DNA of 49,761 nucleotides from sequence record SRR22947725_1597; one strand, 5' to 3'. Shown piece by piece: positions 7,361 to 16,408 of this stretch (position 1 is its first letter; each line of letters starts with the position of its first letter). The notes under the pieces were generated by a model. It saw only the letters and a program-made list of their open reading frames with translations, ran no database searches and was not told where the DNA came from. The position numbers and the translations under genes were made by a program.

Positions 7361-9811
7361 TTATTTCAGCAACATCAGCAAATTTGATTTGCTAAGTTGC
7401 GCCCCTGACAATATATGCTTGCTAGCTTCGGATAAAATCATTGATTTAGTCAATTTTGCCATTTCTGTTGAAAAATCAGTATCCATAATGCGGCCAATCG
7501 CGGCTTCAGTCATCACTGACTGGTTACTCAGGTTACTAATCGATGCACTCAATCTGTTTTGCAATGCGCCCATCAAAGCGAGCTGGTTTGAAATTGTCTC
7601 CAAAACGCTATCGGTTAGAGCAATTGCAGCAGCAGCCCCAGCCTGCGTCGATACATCAGCACTTGCGAGCGTTCCAGAACTTGAGCTTGAGCTTGAACCG
7701 CTGTAAGGAGATCCGCTACCTGAAGCGCCTTGGGCGCCAGTATTTGTCGGTGTTGTAGTGGCGGTGACAATTGGCCAGGTTGATAAATCGATCGTTTGGT
7801 CAGTAAATTCTAAATATTCGACATTGGTAATTGTGTCGGTGCCATCCGCCCCAGCACCACCATTGTGCGCCACAGTGTAGGTGCCCCCGCTTTCAGTAAT
7901 GGTGTAATTCGCATAAATGTCATTATAGACAGCGACATCTTCGGTGCCGGCCCCACCATCAATTATATCATCACCCCCATTTGCTTCTATCAAATCATCA
8001 CCAGCGCCGCCGGCGATATTGTTAGCGCTGCTGTTGCCGGTAATGGTGTCATTAGCACTTCCACCAATGGCATTTTCGATCACCGCGTTATGAGCAATAC
8101 CCATATTATATTCACCGGTATAGAGCGCCGTGCGGGAATGGGCTGAATAGTATGAGTTTGCCGCCGATGCCTGGGCATCAAAAAAATCAATGACCGTTTG
8201 AATGGCTTCGGTGGTTGTCCCTAAGCTTGTAGCCCAATCTGTTTTCTGGTCAGCTTCACTATATATACCGATCGATGAAAATCCACCGGCAGTCAGGTCG
8301 ATGACATTCTCTCTTGTTTGGTTGCTTGCATCGATAGTGTCGGTGCCGCCAGCATCAACAATGGTTTGGATCGTCTCCGGTGATACCGCAAAGCTGTAGG
8401 TGTTATTGCCTGTGTCATCATCATCAGAACCATAGAATTGTTCCATTATTTCAACATCATACATCATTGGCGTTGAAGCATAAATGCGATAGCTCGGGGT
8501 GGTCTGGCCGCTACCATTAAATTTAAGCACCATGTTCTGATCAAGCTGTACATAACCCATGACCGAGTTACGCATCGAGTCCTGGGCCAAAGGCAAGCTG
8601 TCATCACCATTGGATTGATCGTCACCGGCATCAAACGGGTGGCTGAGGCCAACTGCATGGCCAATTTCATGCAGGGCCGCAAAATAATTGAAACCACCAG
8701 AACCGACACCGTCAGTGCTGAAATCATTGCCGGTGATGTCGATGTCTTCTGTCTCAAACCAAATATCGCCATTAACCGCATAATCCCCTGGCGCATAGGC
8801 AAAAGCCGCCGCTCCACTAGACTGATCGGTAAATGCAACACGAAATTCACCAACTTCACCGGCGTCTTCTTCAACTTCGACAAATTCAAAATCTACGGTC
8901 ACATCCCAAGCATCGAAAGCGGCGCTGAGCGTTGTCTCATTCGTCGCCCCATGCGAAACCACCGATGATGGGGTTCCCGGCGTTGGATTGCTTCCATTAT
9001 AAGGACTAGCATAGGCTACGTCGCCATCATAAAATGAATAGGTCAACGTGGCATCGCCTGTTACATCCCACTGAGAACTCATCCGCAACGGTTCAAGCCG
9101 TGCGTTTGTAGTGTCCGTTGTCGTTTTTCCATCAATATCACTCACCGATCCCGAGCTATTGTCATTTGCATCCAACGCATAGGCCGGCTGTTCATTTCCA
9201 GACGGGGCGGCGCTGTTTTCCTGTTGAGCTAAAGCGATGCAATGCGGACATGTATTTTCGTTGTGGAGTGTTTCAAAAACCTTGGAAAAATTGACCTCGA
9301 TGGCAGCTATCTGACCGATTACGTCAGATCCGACTTCATCATTTGCATAGACGTTTATTATTTCATTTTGTGCATTTTCTCCTAAATTTGGATTAACGAG
9401 AGCGGCAAGATTAAGATCGTTACTATGAAACAATGTCCCAACAAAACGGGAGAGCTGATCTTCACGGTCTGCTAATTCTTCAACCAATGCGGCATGTGCC
9501 ACAGTCTCTGACCGGTCAGAGGCCGCCAGCTGATCAACAACGTCTTGAACATTTTGGATATGAGTGTTTAGTGAGCTAAGATGCTGTTGTTTCACGGTAA
9601 CTACCGAATAAGCAAGGGTCTGATCATGCAGTTTGTCTTTCAAAAGCAAGGTGCCGTATTCAGCACCGGATAAGTCAAGCGAAGAAACGGCTTGAGACAA
9701 AATTTCGGATGTAGAATTTGGTGACACGGATTGCGTATTTTCCGCACCAGTCTGAAGATTTATTTGCGTGCGCAAGGCGCCCGCGAATTGTGTTACGCTT
9801 GAAATTGACAA
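7361..9811 (-). CDS. Flagellin-like protein carrying a serralysin-type (M10B-like) zinc metalloprotease and RTX Ca-binding repeats
   Basis: HEIGHAVGLSH (8639-8671), Met-turn SVMGY, AAAFAYAPG, TPMMYD, DAGGTDTIDAS, IENAIGGSANDTITGN, GGAGDD/GGAGTED. C-terminal flagellin domain GALQNRL...GRIMDTDFSTEMAKLTKSMIL. N-terminus helical but degenerate. Confidence 0.88.
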   Translation of the reverse strand: MSISSVTQFAGALRTQINLQTGAENTQSVSPNSTSEILSQAVSSLDLSGAEYGTLLLKDKLHDQTLAYSVVTVKQQHLSSLNTHIQNVQDVVDQLAASDRSETVAHAALVEELADREDQLSRFVGTLFHSNDLNLAALVNPNLGENAQNEIINVYANDEVGSDVIGQIAAIEVNFSKVFETLHNENTCPHCIALAQQENSAAPSGNEQPAYALDANDNSSGSVSDIDGKTTTDTTNARLEPLRMSSQWDVTGDATLTYSFYDGDVAYASPYNGSNPTPGTPSSVVSHGATNETTLSAAFDAWDVTVDFEFVEVEEDAGEVGEFRVAFTDQSSGAAAFAYAPGDYAVNGDIWFETEDIDITGNDFSTDGVGSGGFNYFAALHEIGHAVGLSHPFDAGDDQSNGDDSLPLAQDSMRNSVMGYVQLDQNMVLKFNGSGQTTPSYRIYASTPMMYDVEIMEQFYGSDDDDTGNNTYSFAVSPETIQTIVDAGGTDTIDASNQTRENVIDLTAGGFSSIGIYSEADQKTDWATSLGTTTEAIQTVIDFFDAQASAANSYYSAHSRTALYTGEYNMGIAHNAVIENAIGGSANDTITGNSSANNIAGGAGDDLIEANGGDDIIDGGAGTEDVAVYNDIYANYTITESGGTYTVAHNGGAGADGTDTITNVEYLEFTDQTIDLSTWPIVTATTTPTNTGAQGASGSGSPYSGSSSSSSSGTLASADVSTQAGAAAAIALTDSVLETISNQLALMGALQNRLSASISNLSNQSVMTEAAIGRIMDTDFSTEMAKLTKSMILSEASKHILSGAQLSKSNLLMLLK

Positions 9812-9842
9812 AATTCTTGTCCGTTACTTTAGCTCACAAACC

Positions 9843-9869
9843 ATAACGGCACAGAAATTGCTTTATTTA
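9843..9869 (-). promoter_or_regulatory. Sigma28 promoter of protease-flagellin
   Basis: Minus strand TAAA-N15-GCCGTTAT. Confidence 0.75.
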
Positions 9870-9874
9870 CATTT

Positions 9875-9890
9875 TGGCACGCACTTTGCT
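9875..9890 (+). promoter_or_regulatory. Sigma54 -24/-12 promoter facing the 877-aa gene
   Basis: TGGCAC-GCACT-TTGCT, perfect consensus and spacing. Confidence 0.65.
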
Positions 9891-10112
9891 TTGCCATATT
9901 TTTTTGGTTTTTCGGGATCTTACAAAACCTAAACACACAGCTTTGCTCCTCCAAATAAAACGCAATCAGTTGTGCATGACCCAATGATCAGCAGGCTTAA
10001 TACAACTACGAACCGCGTCGACGAAGCCTCTCCTAAATATATGATTAATATATATTTATACTCAACAATTATTCTGCCAAAATATATCTGTCAAAAAAAT
10101 TAATAAAATAAC

Positions 10113-10139
10113 TAAAAAAAACTAAAAGTCCGCCGTTAA
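10113..10139 (+). promoter_or_regulatory. Sigma28 promoter of 877-aa flagellin-like gene
   Basis: TAAA-N15-GCCGTTAA, followed by GAGG RBS and ATG 10162. Confidence 0.75.
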
Positions 10140-10161
10140 CGACATTAACGCGAGGACTAAT

Positions 10162-12795
10162 ATGAAAAGCTTGTTTTCACACAACTTGCTAAACAACACT
10201 GATCGTGATGTGCGTGGGGATTATCGTGCATTTTCGCGCGCAACAGTGCATGCCTCCGCGCTGGACAACAATAGGAACGACAGTTCGTCGGCAGATGTTA
10301 GGCCGCCACGGGAAAATTTTTCTGTGGTTGCCAAAGAAATGGCGAAATCTCAAAGTCTTGCGGCATCATTTCGCAATCTCAGCAATTATCTATCGCTGAT
10401 TGAGCGCGCACGTGAGACGATACAGGGGGTTGCAGCAAAACTGACGGAATTGGATACCACAGTCAGTGAAGCTGCCGGATTGATTGATAGTGATGATTAC
10501 AATACGGTCCCAGTGGGTGCCATAGCTGGTGCCAATATCACTGGTCTGGCCAGCGGCTCTGGCAAATTCAGTGCTGTTTCACCGCTAGCCACGAGCGGTA
10601 ACGGGGCTGGGTCTGCATTTACAATCCGCACCAAGGGCACCGGTGATTATGAAATCGTAAACATCGATGCCGATGGCTCGGGCTATGCGGTTGATGACAC
10701 AATCACTATTGCCGGGGCGGCGCTTGGCGGCACTTCCAGCCTTAATGATGCCACTATCAAAGTCACCGATATAAGCACATTGAATGAAACTTCAACCAAT
10801 CTTGAATTTGCCAGCGATGATATTGACCGGGCGATCCTTCAGCTGCGGGCAAACACAGTGGTCAATGAAATATCATCTATCATCAATGAGTCAGAATTTT
10901 GGGATGAGGAAATTTTTGGCGGATTGCGGGCAATTGGCTATGCGCAGGTCGGGCACACGGCCAGTGAGCAGACATTGATTGATATTCAAGAGCTCAGCAC
11001 AAGCACGATTGGCAGCTACCTGAACGCTTATTTTGTCAATGGCAATTTTAATGCATCATCGGATGTTGAGGGCAGTTATGTTGAGGAGACAGCGCCTGAG
11101 GCCGTTGGCACGCTCGCCTCTCTTTATGGTTGGCATATCAGGTTGGAACAAATTGCACTAGGCCCATCACCGGCTGGATCAGACGCTGCAAATGGATTGA
11201 TTCCAACTACAATTGGTGGGTTTCAAACACCAATTGACCCAACGCCAACGCCGCAAAATGCTGACAGCCCAGCGCAAGTGTCACGCGGTGATGATTATTT
11301 GCCAAATGGCGGCAGCTTTTCCTACAGTATCGCCGGCGATGGCTTACAACTTATCTCAGATAATCTGCAGGTGAATGGCGGTGATGTCATTCATGGCCCC
11401 TATTTAATATCGCAAAACCCGGTGGCGCTAAATAGCGGTGATACAATATCGTTCAGTTGGAAAGGCGAAGTTACCGATAATGCTTATGATGCCTATGCCT
11501 ATTTACTGGATGCTAATAGCGGCAGCGCAACTGAATTGCTCGACAGCTATGGGAACAGCACAACAAGCTGGTCAACAGTCACCCACACAGTGGCAACGGA
11601 TGCGCCCTATTATTTTGTCTTTGTGTCTGGCAGTTTCGATTATGATTTTACCGGCAGTGTTACAGCCTCATCGCCATCGGGCAACTCGCCGGTGTCTGGT
11701 GCAATTGCCGCATCGGCCACAGGCATAGCTGCATCCGGGGTAAGCACAGCAACTATCAGCGGCACAGCAAGTGGCGCCTCAACATTTACAAATATTTCGC
11801 AAACCAGCACGAGCGGTGATGGCACAGGCGCGACCTTCACCATATCGACCAACGGTTCAGGCACATATAGTCTGGGCGGCATCAATAATACAGGTAGCGG
11901 CTATCAGACTGGTGATACAATCACCATTTCAGGAGCAAACCTCGGTGGCTCAGATGTAGTAAACGACCTAACGCTAACTATCACAGCACTCGAACCAAAA
12001 AGCTACATAGTCAGTCAGTCATCAACTACGGGATCAGGAAGCGGTGCAATATTCAATATTTCTTCAAATAGTTCTGGCAATTACGCGGTGACAGACATTA
12101 CAACATTTGGTGAAAACTATGCGCTGAATGACATCGTAACTATTGCCGGGTCGAATGTTGGTGGCACAGATACACAGAATGATGCTACGTTAACCCTTAC
12201 AAAAGTGGGCGCTGCCGCATTCAATAACGTTACCCAAGCCAGCACATCGGGTAATGGCACTGGAGCTATTTTCACGATTTCCATTGATGGCAATGGAAAT
12301 TACGGTGTGAGCTCGATTACTAATGGGGGATCTGGATATGAGCCAGATGACACCATAACCGTTTCAGGCGCAAGTTTAGGCGGCACCAGTCCAGCGCATG
12401 ATCTGATTATTACGATAGACAATATTGAAACAACGTCGGGTGCTATCTTACATATCGATAACATTTCGGTGACCCGGGCTGATGACCCGCCAACCATCAT
12501 TGAAGGCATCAATATATCGACCGAAGATACCGCAACAGAAGCTGCAGCTGTCATAGCTGATGCGATCAAACAAATTAAATTTCGAGATGCATATTTGGCT
12601 AGTAAGGAAACCGCCCTGCACAGCTCTCTTAATGCCATTTCGGCACAAACAGCAAGTTCAGAACTGTTGATTACAGATCAGTCTGTGAAGAATACTGTCC
12701 GCCAGCTTAAGAAGGTTGATGTCATGAATGTACTATTGAGTGACGTTCAAAAGGCGGCATATCTGATCAATAGCGGGCTTTTGAAATTGATTTGA
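10162..12795 (+). CDS. Divergent flagellin-like protein with four GSGY-type modules and a putative jelly-roll domain
   Basis: Degenerate flagellin N-domain (SFRNLSNYLSLIERA; DRAILQLRANTVVNEISSIINESEF; AQVGHTASEQTLIDI). Flagellin-like C-terminus (INISTEDTATEAAAVIADAIKQI...LLKLI). Confidence 0.75.
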   Translation: MKSLFSHNLLNNTDRDVRGDYRAFSRATVHASALDNNRNDSSSADVRPPRENFSVVAKEMAKSQSLAASFRNLSNYLSLIERARETIQGVAAKLTELDTTVSEAAGLIDSDDYNTVPVGAIAGANITGLASGSGKFSAVSPLATSGNGAGSAFTIRTKGTGDYEIVNIDADGSGYAVDDTITIAGAALGGTSSLNDATIKVTDISTLNETSTNLEFASDDIDRAILQLRANTVVNEISSIINESEFWDEEIFGGLRAIGYAQVGHTASEQTLIDIQELSTSTIGSYLNAYFVNGNFNASSDVEGSYVEETAPEAVGTLASLYGWHIRLEQIALGPSPAGSDAANGLIPTTIGGFQTPIDPTPTPQNADSPAQVSRGDDYLPNGGSFSYSIAGDGLQLISDNLQVNGGDVIHGPYLISQNPVALNSGDTISFSWKGEVTDNAYDAYAYLLDANSGSATELLDSYGNSTTSWSTVTHTVATDAPYYFVFVSGSFDYDFTGSVTASSPSGNSPVSGAIAASATGIAASGVSTATISGTASGASTFTNISQTSTSGDGTGATFTISTNGSGTYSLGGINNTGSGYQTGDTITISGANLGGSDVVNDLTLTITALEPKSYIVSQSSTTGSGSGAIFNISSNSSGNYAVTDITTFGENYALNDIVTIAGSNVGGTDTQNDATLTLTKVGAAAFNNVTQASTSGNGTGAIFTISIDGNGNYGVSSITNGGSGYEPDDTITVSGASLGGTSPAHDLIITIDNIETTSGAILHIDNISVTRADDPPTIIEGINISTEDTATEAAAVIADAIKQIKFRDAYLASKETALHSSLNAISAQTASSELLITDQSVKNTVRQLKKVDVMNVLLSDVQKAAYLINSGLLKLI

Positions 12796-12808
12796 TATGG
12801 TATTTTCT

Positions 12809-14530
12809 TTAACCATGTTCTAGGGCATGCACGCGTGATTGGGTTGCAAGATAGGCACTAAAGATGTCCGCCTCTGATACAACGCCAACCATGCGCCCGT
12901 TTTCCTGCTGAATGACTGGAATGGTCTCGCCGACAAAATTACTTGCCACTTCCATCGCCTGCAAAATCGAGGCGCCATGATCTAAAACCACAGGATCAAC
13001 AATCAGATACGGCACCAATCCAGACTGGCGCGGCGCAGACAACAATTCATGCAGCGCATATTTGCCAATGAATTGGTAGTTAGCATCAATACAATACCCC
13101 TCACTCATTTTAGCTTTAACAAGCCTGTCTATAGCATCCTTGGTTTTTGTATCTGGTGGGAGGGCAACGAAATCATCACTGACAACGTGGCTGATAGATT
13201 GAGATTGAAGTTCAAAATTACCCCGCCCCCGCGACATATCGATCCCACGCCTGAGTAATTGTTCATCAAAAAATGAGTGCCCAAAAACAAGGCTGGTAAA
13301 AAATGTAGCGATTACCGCAGCCAACATGGCGGCAACCGCAAATTCATAAGATTGAGTGAGTTCAAACACCACCAAAACGACTGAAATTGGCGCCCCAACA
13401 ACCGCCGCCGTTACCGCCGCAAAGCCAGCAATTGGCAGTAAATGTGGCACCGTTACAAACCCAAGAGTTCCCATAAGTTTACCAATGAACCCACCAGCCG
13501 CTGCGCCAATCATGGCTGCCGGGGAGAAAACCCCGCCAAACAACCCAAAGCCGATACATAATGATGTTGCCAGTAGCTTGAGAACAAACAACAAAAATAA
13601 AAATCCAAGGACATACCCACCGTTAAAAATGATATTGATTTCGGTCACGCCACTTCCCAGAATTTCAGGCACAAAGATCGCCACGAAACCGCATATGACT
13701 GCTGCAATCAGCGCTAACGCCAAGGGAGGGAAGCCAGTTTTAGCGGCGATTGCGGCTGATTTAAAAAGCGCGAGCATGAACAGCATCGCAATGATCCCGA
13801 ATAATAACCCACTTGCCAATAAAACCGGGACCATCGGCAACAAATCAGTCGCCGCGGCATCCAGAACAAAAATCGGTTCCCCACCAAAAATAGCCGTTCC
13901 AAACCAAACTGATGTGATGCTTGATATGGCAATGGGGGTCAGAGCTCTGAAAGAAAAATGTCGCAACACCGCCTCATGCGCGAACACAATACCAGCAATC
14001 GGTGCGTGAAACCCTGCGGCAATTGCCGCGGCAACGCCGCACCCAATGAAGACGTCAGTACCAATTGTCTTGTTACCAAAGGCTTGCCGGATATAAGTGC
14101 CAATCGTCGCCCCAAAATGCACCAGCGGGCCGTATTGACCAACAGACGCGCCTCCGCCCATGGCAATAAATGCGCCAATGTTTGACCCAATACCTGCCTT
14201 AACGTCAATTGCATTGTCGAGACGGTGTGCCCCAAAAATACTGTCAGCTGGCCCGTGCCAACGCACAATGCCAAACCAACGCCGGACGCCCCACAACAAA
14301 AAAGCTGCCCCGATCAGCCACAACATTGGCACCAATGACCCACCATCAAACTGTAATATGGGAAAGTTTTCGCTCATTGACTGGCGATGATCGGTGAGAA
14401 AACGCAGACCAGCCACAAACAGACTTGCCACAAGGGACACCGACAAACCGATGCCGGTGCCGGTGACTAGCGTGACAAGTACAAACCGCGATGCCTGACC
14501 AAAACTATAATGCTTTATTCCATGCTTCAT
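12809..14530 (-). CDS. ClC-family chloride channel/transporter with C-terminal CBS pair
   Basis: Multiple TM segments; GGGASVGQYGP, GFHAPIAG, GGVFSP, GAPIS..VFELT, C-terminal GVVSEADIF. Start at 14530 (MKHG) preferred over 14593 but uncertain. Confidence 0.88.
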   Translation of the reverse strand: MKHGIKHYSFGQASRFVLVTLVTGTGIGLSVSLVASLFVAGLRFLTDHRQSMSENFPILQFDGGSLVPMLWLIGAAFLLWGVRRWFGIVRWHGPADSIFGAHRLDNAIDVKAGIGSNIGAFIAMGGGASVGQYGPLVHFGATIGTYIRQAFGNKTIGTDVFIGCGVAAAIAAGFHAPIAGIVFAHEAVLRHFSFRALTPIAISSITSVWFGTAIFGGEPIFVLDAAATDLLPMVPVLLASGLLFGIIAMLFMLALFKSAAIAAKTGFPPLALALIAAVICGFVAIFVPEILGSGVTEINIIFNGGYVLGFLFLLFVLKLLATSLCIGFGLFGGVFSPAAMIGAAAGGFIGKLMGTLGFVTVPHLLPIAGFAAVTAAVVGAPISVVLVVFELTQSYEFAVAAMLAAVIATFFTSLVFGHSFFDEQLLRRGIDMSRGRGNFELQSQSISHVVSDDFVALPPDTKTKDAIDRLVKAKMSEGYCIDANYQFIGKYALHELLSAPRQSGLVPYLIVDPVVLDHGASILQAMEVASNFVGETIPVIQQENGRMVGVVSEADIFSAYLATQSRVHALEHG

Positions 14531-14597
14531 ATTATTTGCAGCCACAACCTTTGCTATTATAATTGCGATCAACCACAACCATTTTGGAGGCATGGCC

Positions 14598-14624
14598 TAA
14601 AGCGAGCAGCAGATAAGTCGTTTA
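14598..14624 (+). promoter_or_regulatory. Putative sigma28 promoter of fliD
   Basis: TAAA-N15-GTCGTTTA. Confidence 0.55.
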
Positions 14625-14635
14625 ATAAACTATAT

Positions 14636-14651
14636 AGGCATAAAAATTGCA
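14636..14651 (+). promoter_or_regulatory. Sigma54 promoter of fliD
   Basis: AGGCAT-AAAAA-TTGCA (GG-N10-GC). Confidence 0.6.
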
Positions 14652-14694
14652 GTTTGTCACTTAGGCAGAACCAATAAGGATAAACACACAGGCC

Positions 14695-16368
14695 ATGTCT
14701 ACTACAGATTACCTCGGCGCCCTTGGTGCGGGCAGCGGACTTAATGTCCCACAGATTGTCGACGCTCTCGTCGATGCTGAACGTGTGCCAAAACAAAAAC
14801 AGATTGATGACGCCAAAGAAACAGCAACGGTAAAAATTTCTGCGCTTGGGACTTTGAAAAATGAATTAAGTGTGTTTCAAACTAATACAGCCGCGCTGGA
14901 TGGCCAAATTGGGCTCAGCCTATCATCTAGCACCAGCAATGTGACGTTGAGCCGGACAGACAGTAGCCTTGCCAGCGAATTTGCACATACGATCAATGTA
15001 ACTTCGATCGCCACCGCACAAGTGTTGAATCTTAACAACGGTGGCAGTGGGTTTGCATCAACAACTGCTGATATTGGCATAGATGAACTCAGCCTACGCT
15101 TTGGAACCTGGAACGGCTCAACTTTCACAGCCAATACAGACTACTCAAGCGCCACAACCCTTAATTTCACTGCAGGCTCGACAACCCTCACAGATGTGAG
15201 AGATAAAATAAATAATGCAGGGATAGGCGTCACCGCGAGCATCATAGAGGTGTCAGACAGCAACTATTCATTAATGGTAAAATCGGTAGAAGGCGCGAAC
15301 CATGGGCTCCGCATGAAATCACATCTGAGCGGTTCTGAAAATGATGTACTAAAATACAATCCTGAAAACACTTCGACATTTGCTGATAGCGCAACACAAG
15401 TTGTGGCGGCTACCGATGCCAAATTTACAATCGACGGCATCGAAATAGAGAGAACCAGCAACACTATAACTGATTTATTTTCTGGAGTGACGTTAAAGCT
15501 CAGTGATGTGACCTCTAGTGATCTTGGCACAGATCAATCAATCAGCTCAAATTACTCAGAAACCGATGCTCTAGCAACACTTGAGACAGTCATTAGCGAG
15601 GTTAACTACCTGCTGTCATTTTTAAAAGAGCAGAGCAAGCCAGGTACAAATGGTGAAGATGGTGGACCGTTACATGGTGATCACTTCATTCGGCACACCG
15701 AAAACAAGATCAAGAATCTGACATCTACCGCCATCGCTGGCTATGATGACGCTGAGATATATTTGTCCAGTTTTGGAGTTGAAACTGAACTTGATGGCAC
15801 TCTATCAATCGATGAAACACGGTTTCGCGAATATTTTAGCGCAAATCCAGAACATTTTGCCGCGGTAACAACATCTATGATACGCACTGGCGATGCTGGG
15901 GTCACCGGTAGTGCCACAACGGATTTATTCACTCCAGGCATTTATGAATTTGAACTTGACGGAAGTGGCTCAAGGCTGACTTCTAACGGGGTTACAGCAA
16001 GCATGTCTGCTGGCACTGACCGTTATGGATATGCAGGCGACGCCATTGGCGCCACTGGGTTACTGCTAGATACCAACAAAACATCAGTTAACACCAATGT
16101 TTACATGGGCCGCAGCATCATGCAAACCCTCTCAAAATATATTGATGATGTGCTCATGCTGAATGGCGATATCGACGAAAAAATTAATAATATAGAAGAT
16201 GATGTCGACAGCCTTGTCGAAGAACAAGAAGCCCTAGATCAGCAAATTGCTAATCAACGAGCTATTTATGTCGAGAAATTCACGGCTATGCAAACAGCGG
16301 TGTCAAGTTTCAATAAGACTGGTGAGTTTCTTGATAATTTGATTAAATCTTGGAACTCACAGAACTAA
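14695..16368 (+). CDS. fliD: Flagellar filament cap protein FliD
   Basis: LGAGSGLNVPQIVDALVDAER, DAKFTIDGIEIERTSNTITDLFSGVTLKL, YVEKFTAMQ. Confidence 0.95.
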   Translation: MSTTDYLGALGAGSGLNVPQIVDALVDAERVPKQKQIDDAKETATVKISALGTLKNELSVFQTNTAALDGQIGLSLSSSTSNVTLSRTDSSLASEFAHTINVTSIATAQVLNLNNGGSGFASTTADIGIDELSLRFGTWNGSTFTANTDYSSATTLNFTAGSTTLTDVRDKINNAGIGVTASIIEVSDSNYSLMVKSVEGANHGLRMKSHLSGSENDVLKYNPENTSTFADSATQVVAATDAKFTIDGIEIERTSNTITDLFSGVTLKLSDVTSSDLGTDQSISSNYSETDALATLETVISEVNYLLSFLKEQSKPGTNGEDGGPLHGDHFIRHTENKIKNLTSTAIAGYDDAEIYLSSFGVETELDGTLSIDETRFREYFSANPEHFAAVTTSMIRTGDAGVTGSATTDLFTPGIYEFELDGSGSRLTSNGVTASMSAGTDRYGYAGDAIGATGLLLDTNKTSVNTNVYMGRSIMQTLSKYIDDVLMLNGDIDEKINNIEDDVDSLVEEQEALDQQIANQRAIYVEKFTAMQTAVSSFNKTGEFLDNLIKSWNSQN

Positions 16369-16408
16369 ACCCTAATCCAATTCCTCGCTAAACCTGTCAG
16401 GCAAGCGC

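Noticed and set aside
13356-14009. 217-aa and other antisense/shadow ORFs in the track
   Set aside because: They overlap well-supported genes on the opposite strand or frame and show mirror-codon composition.
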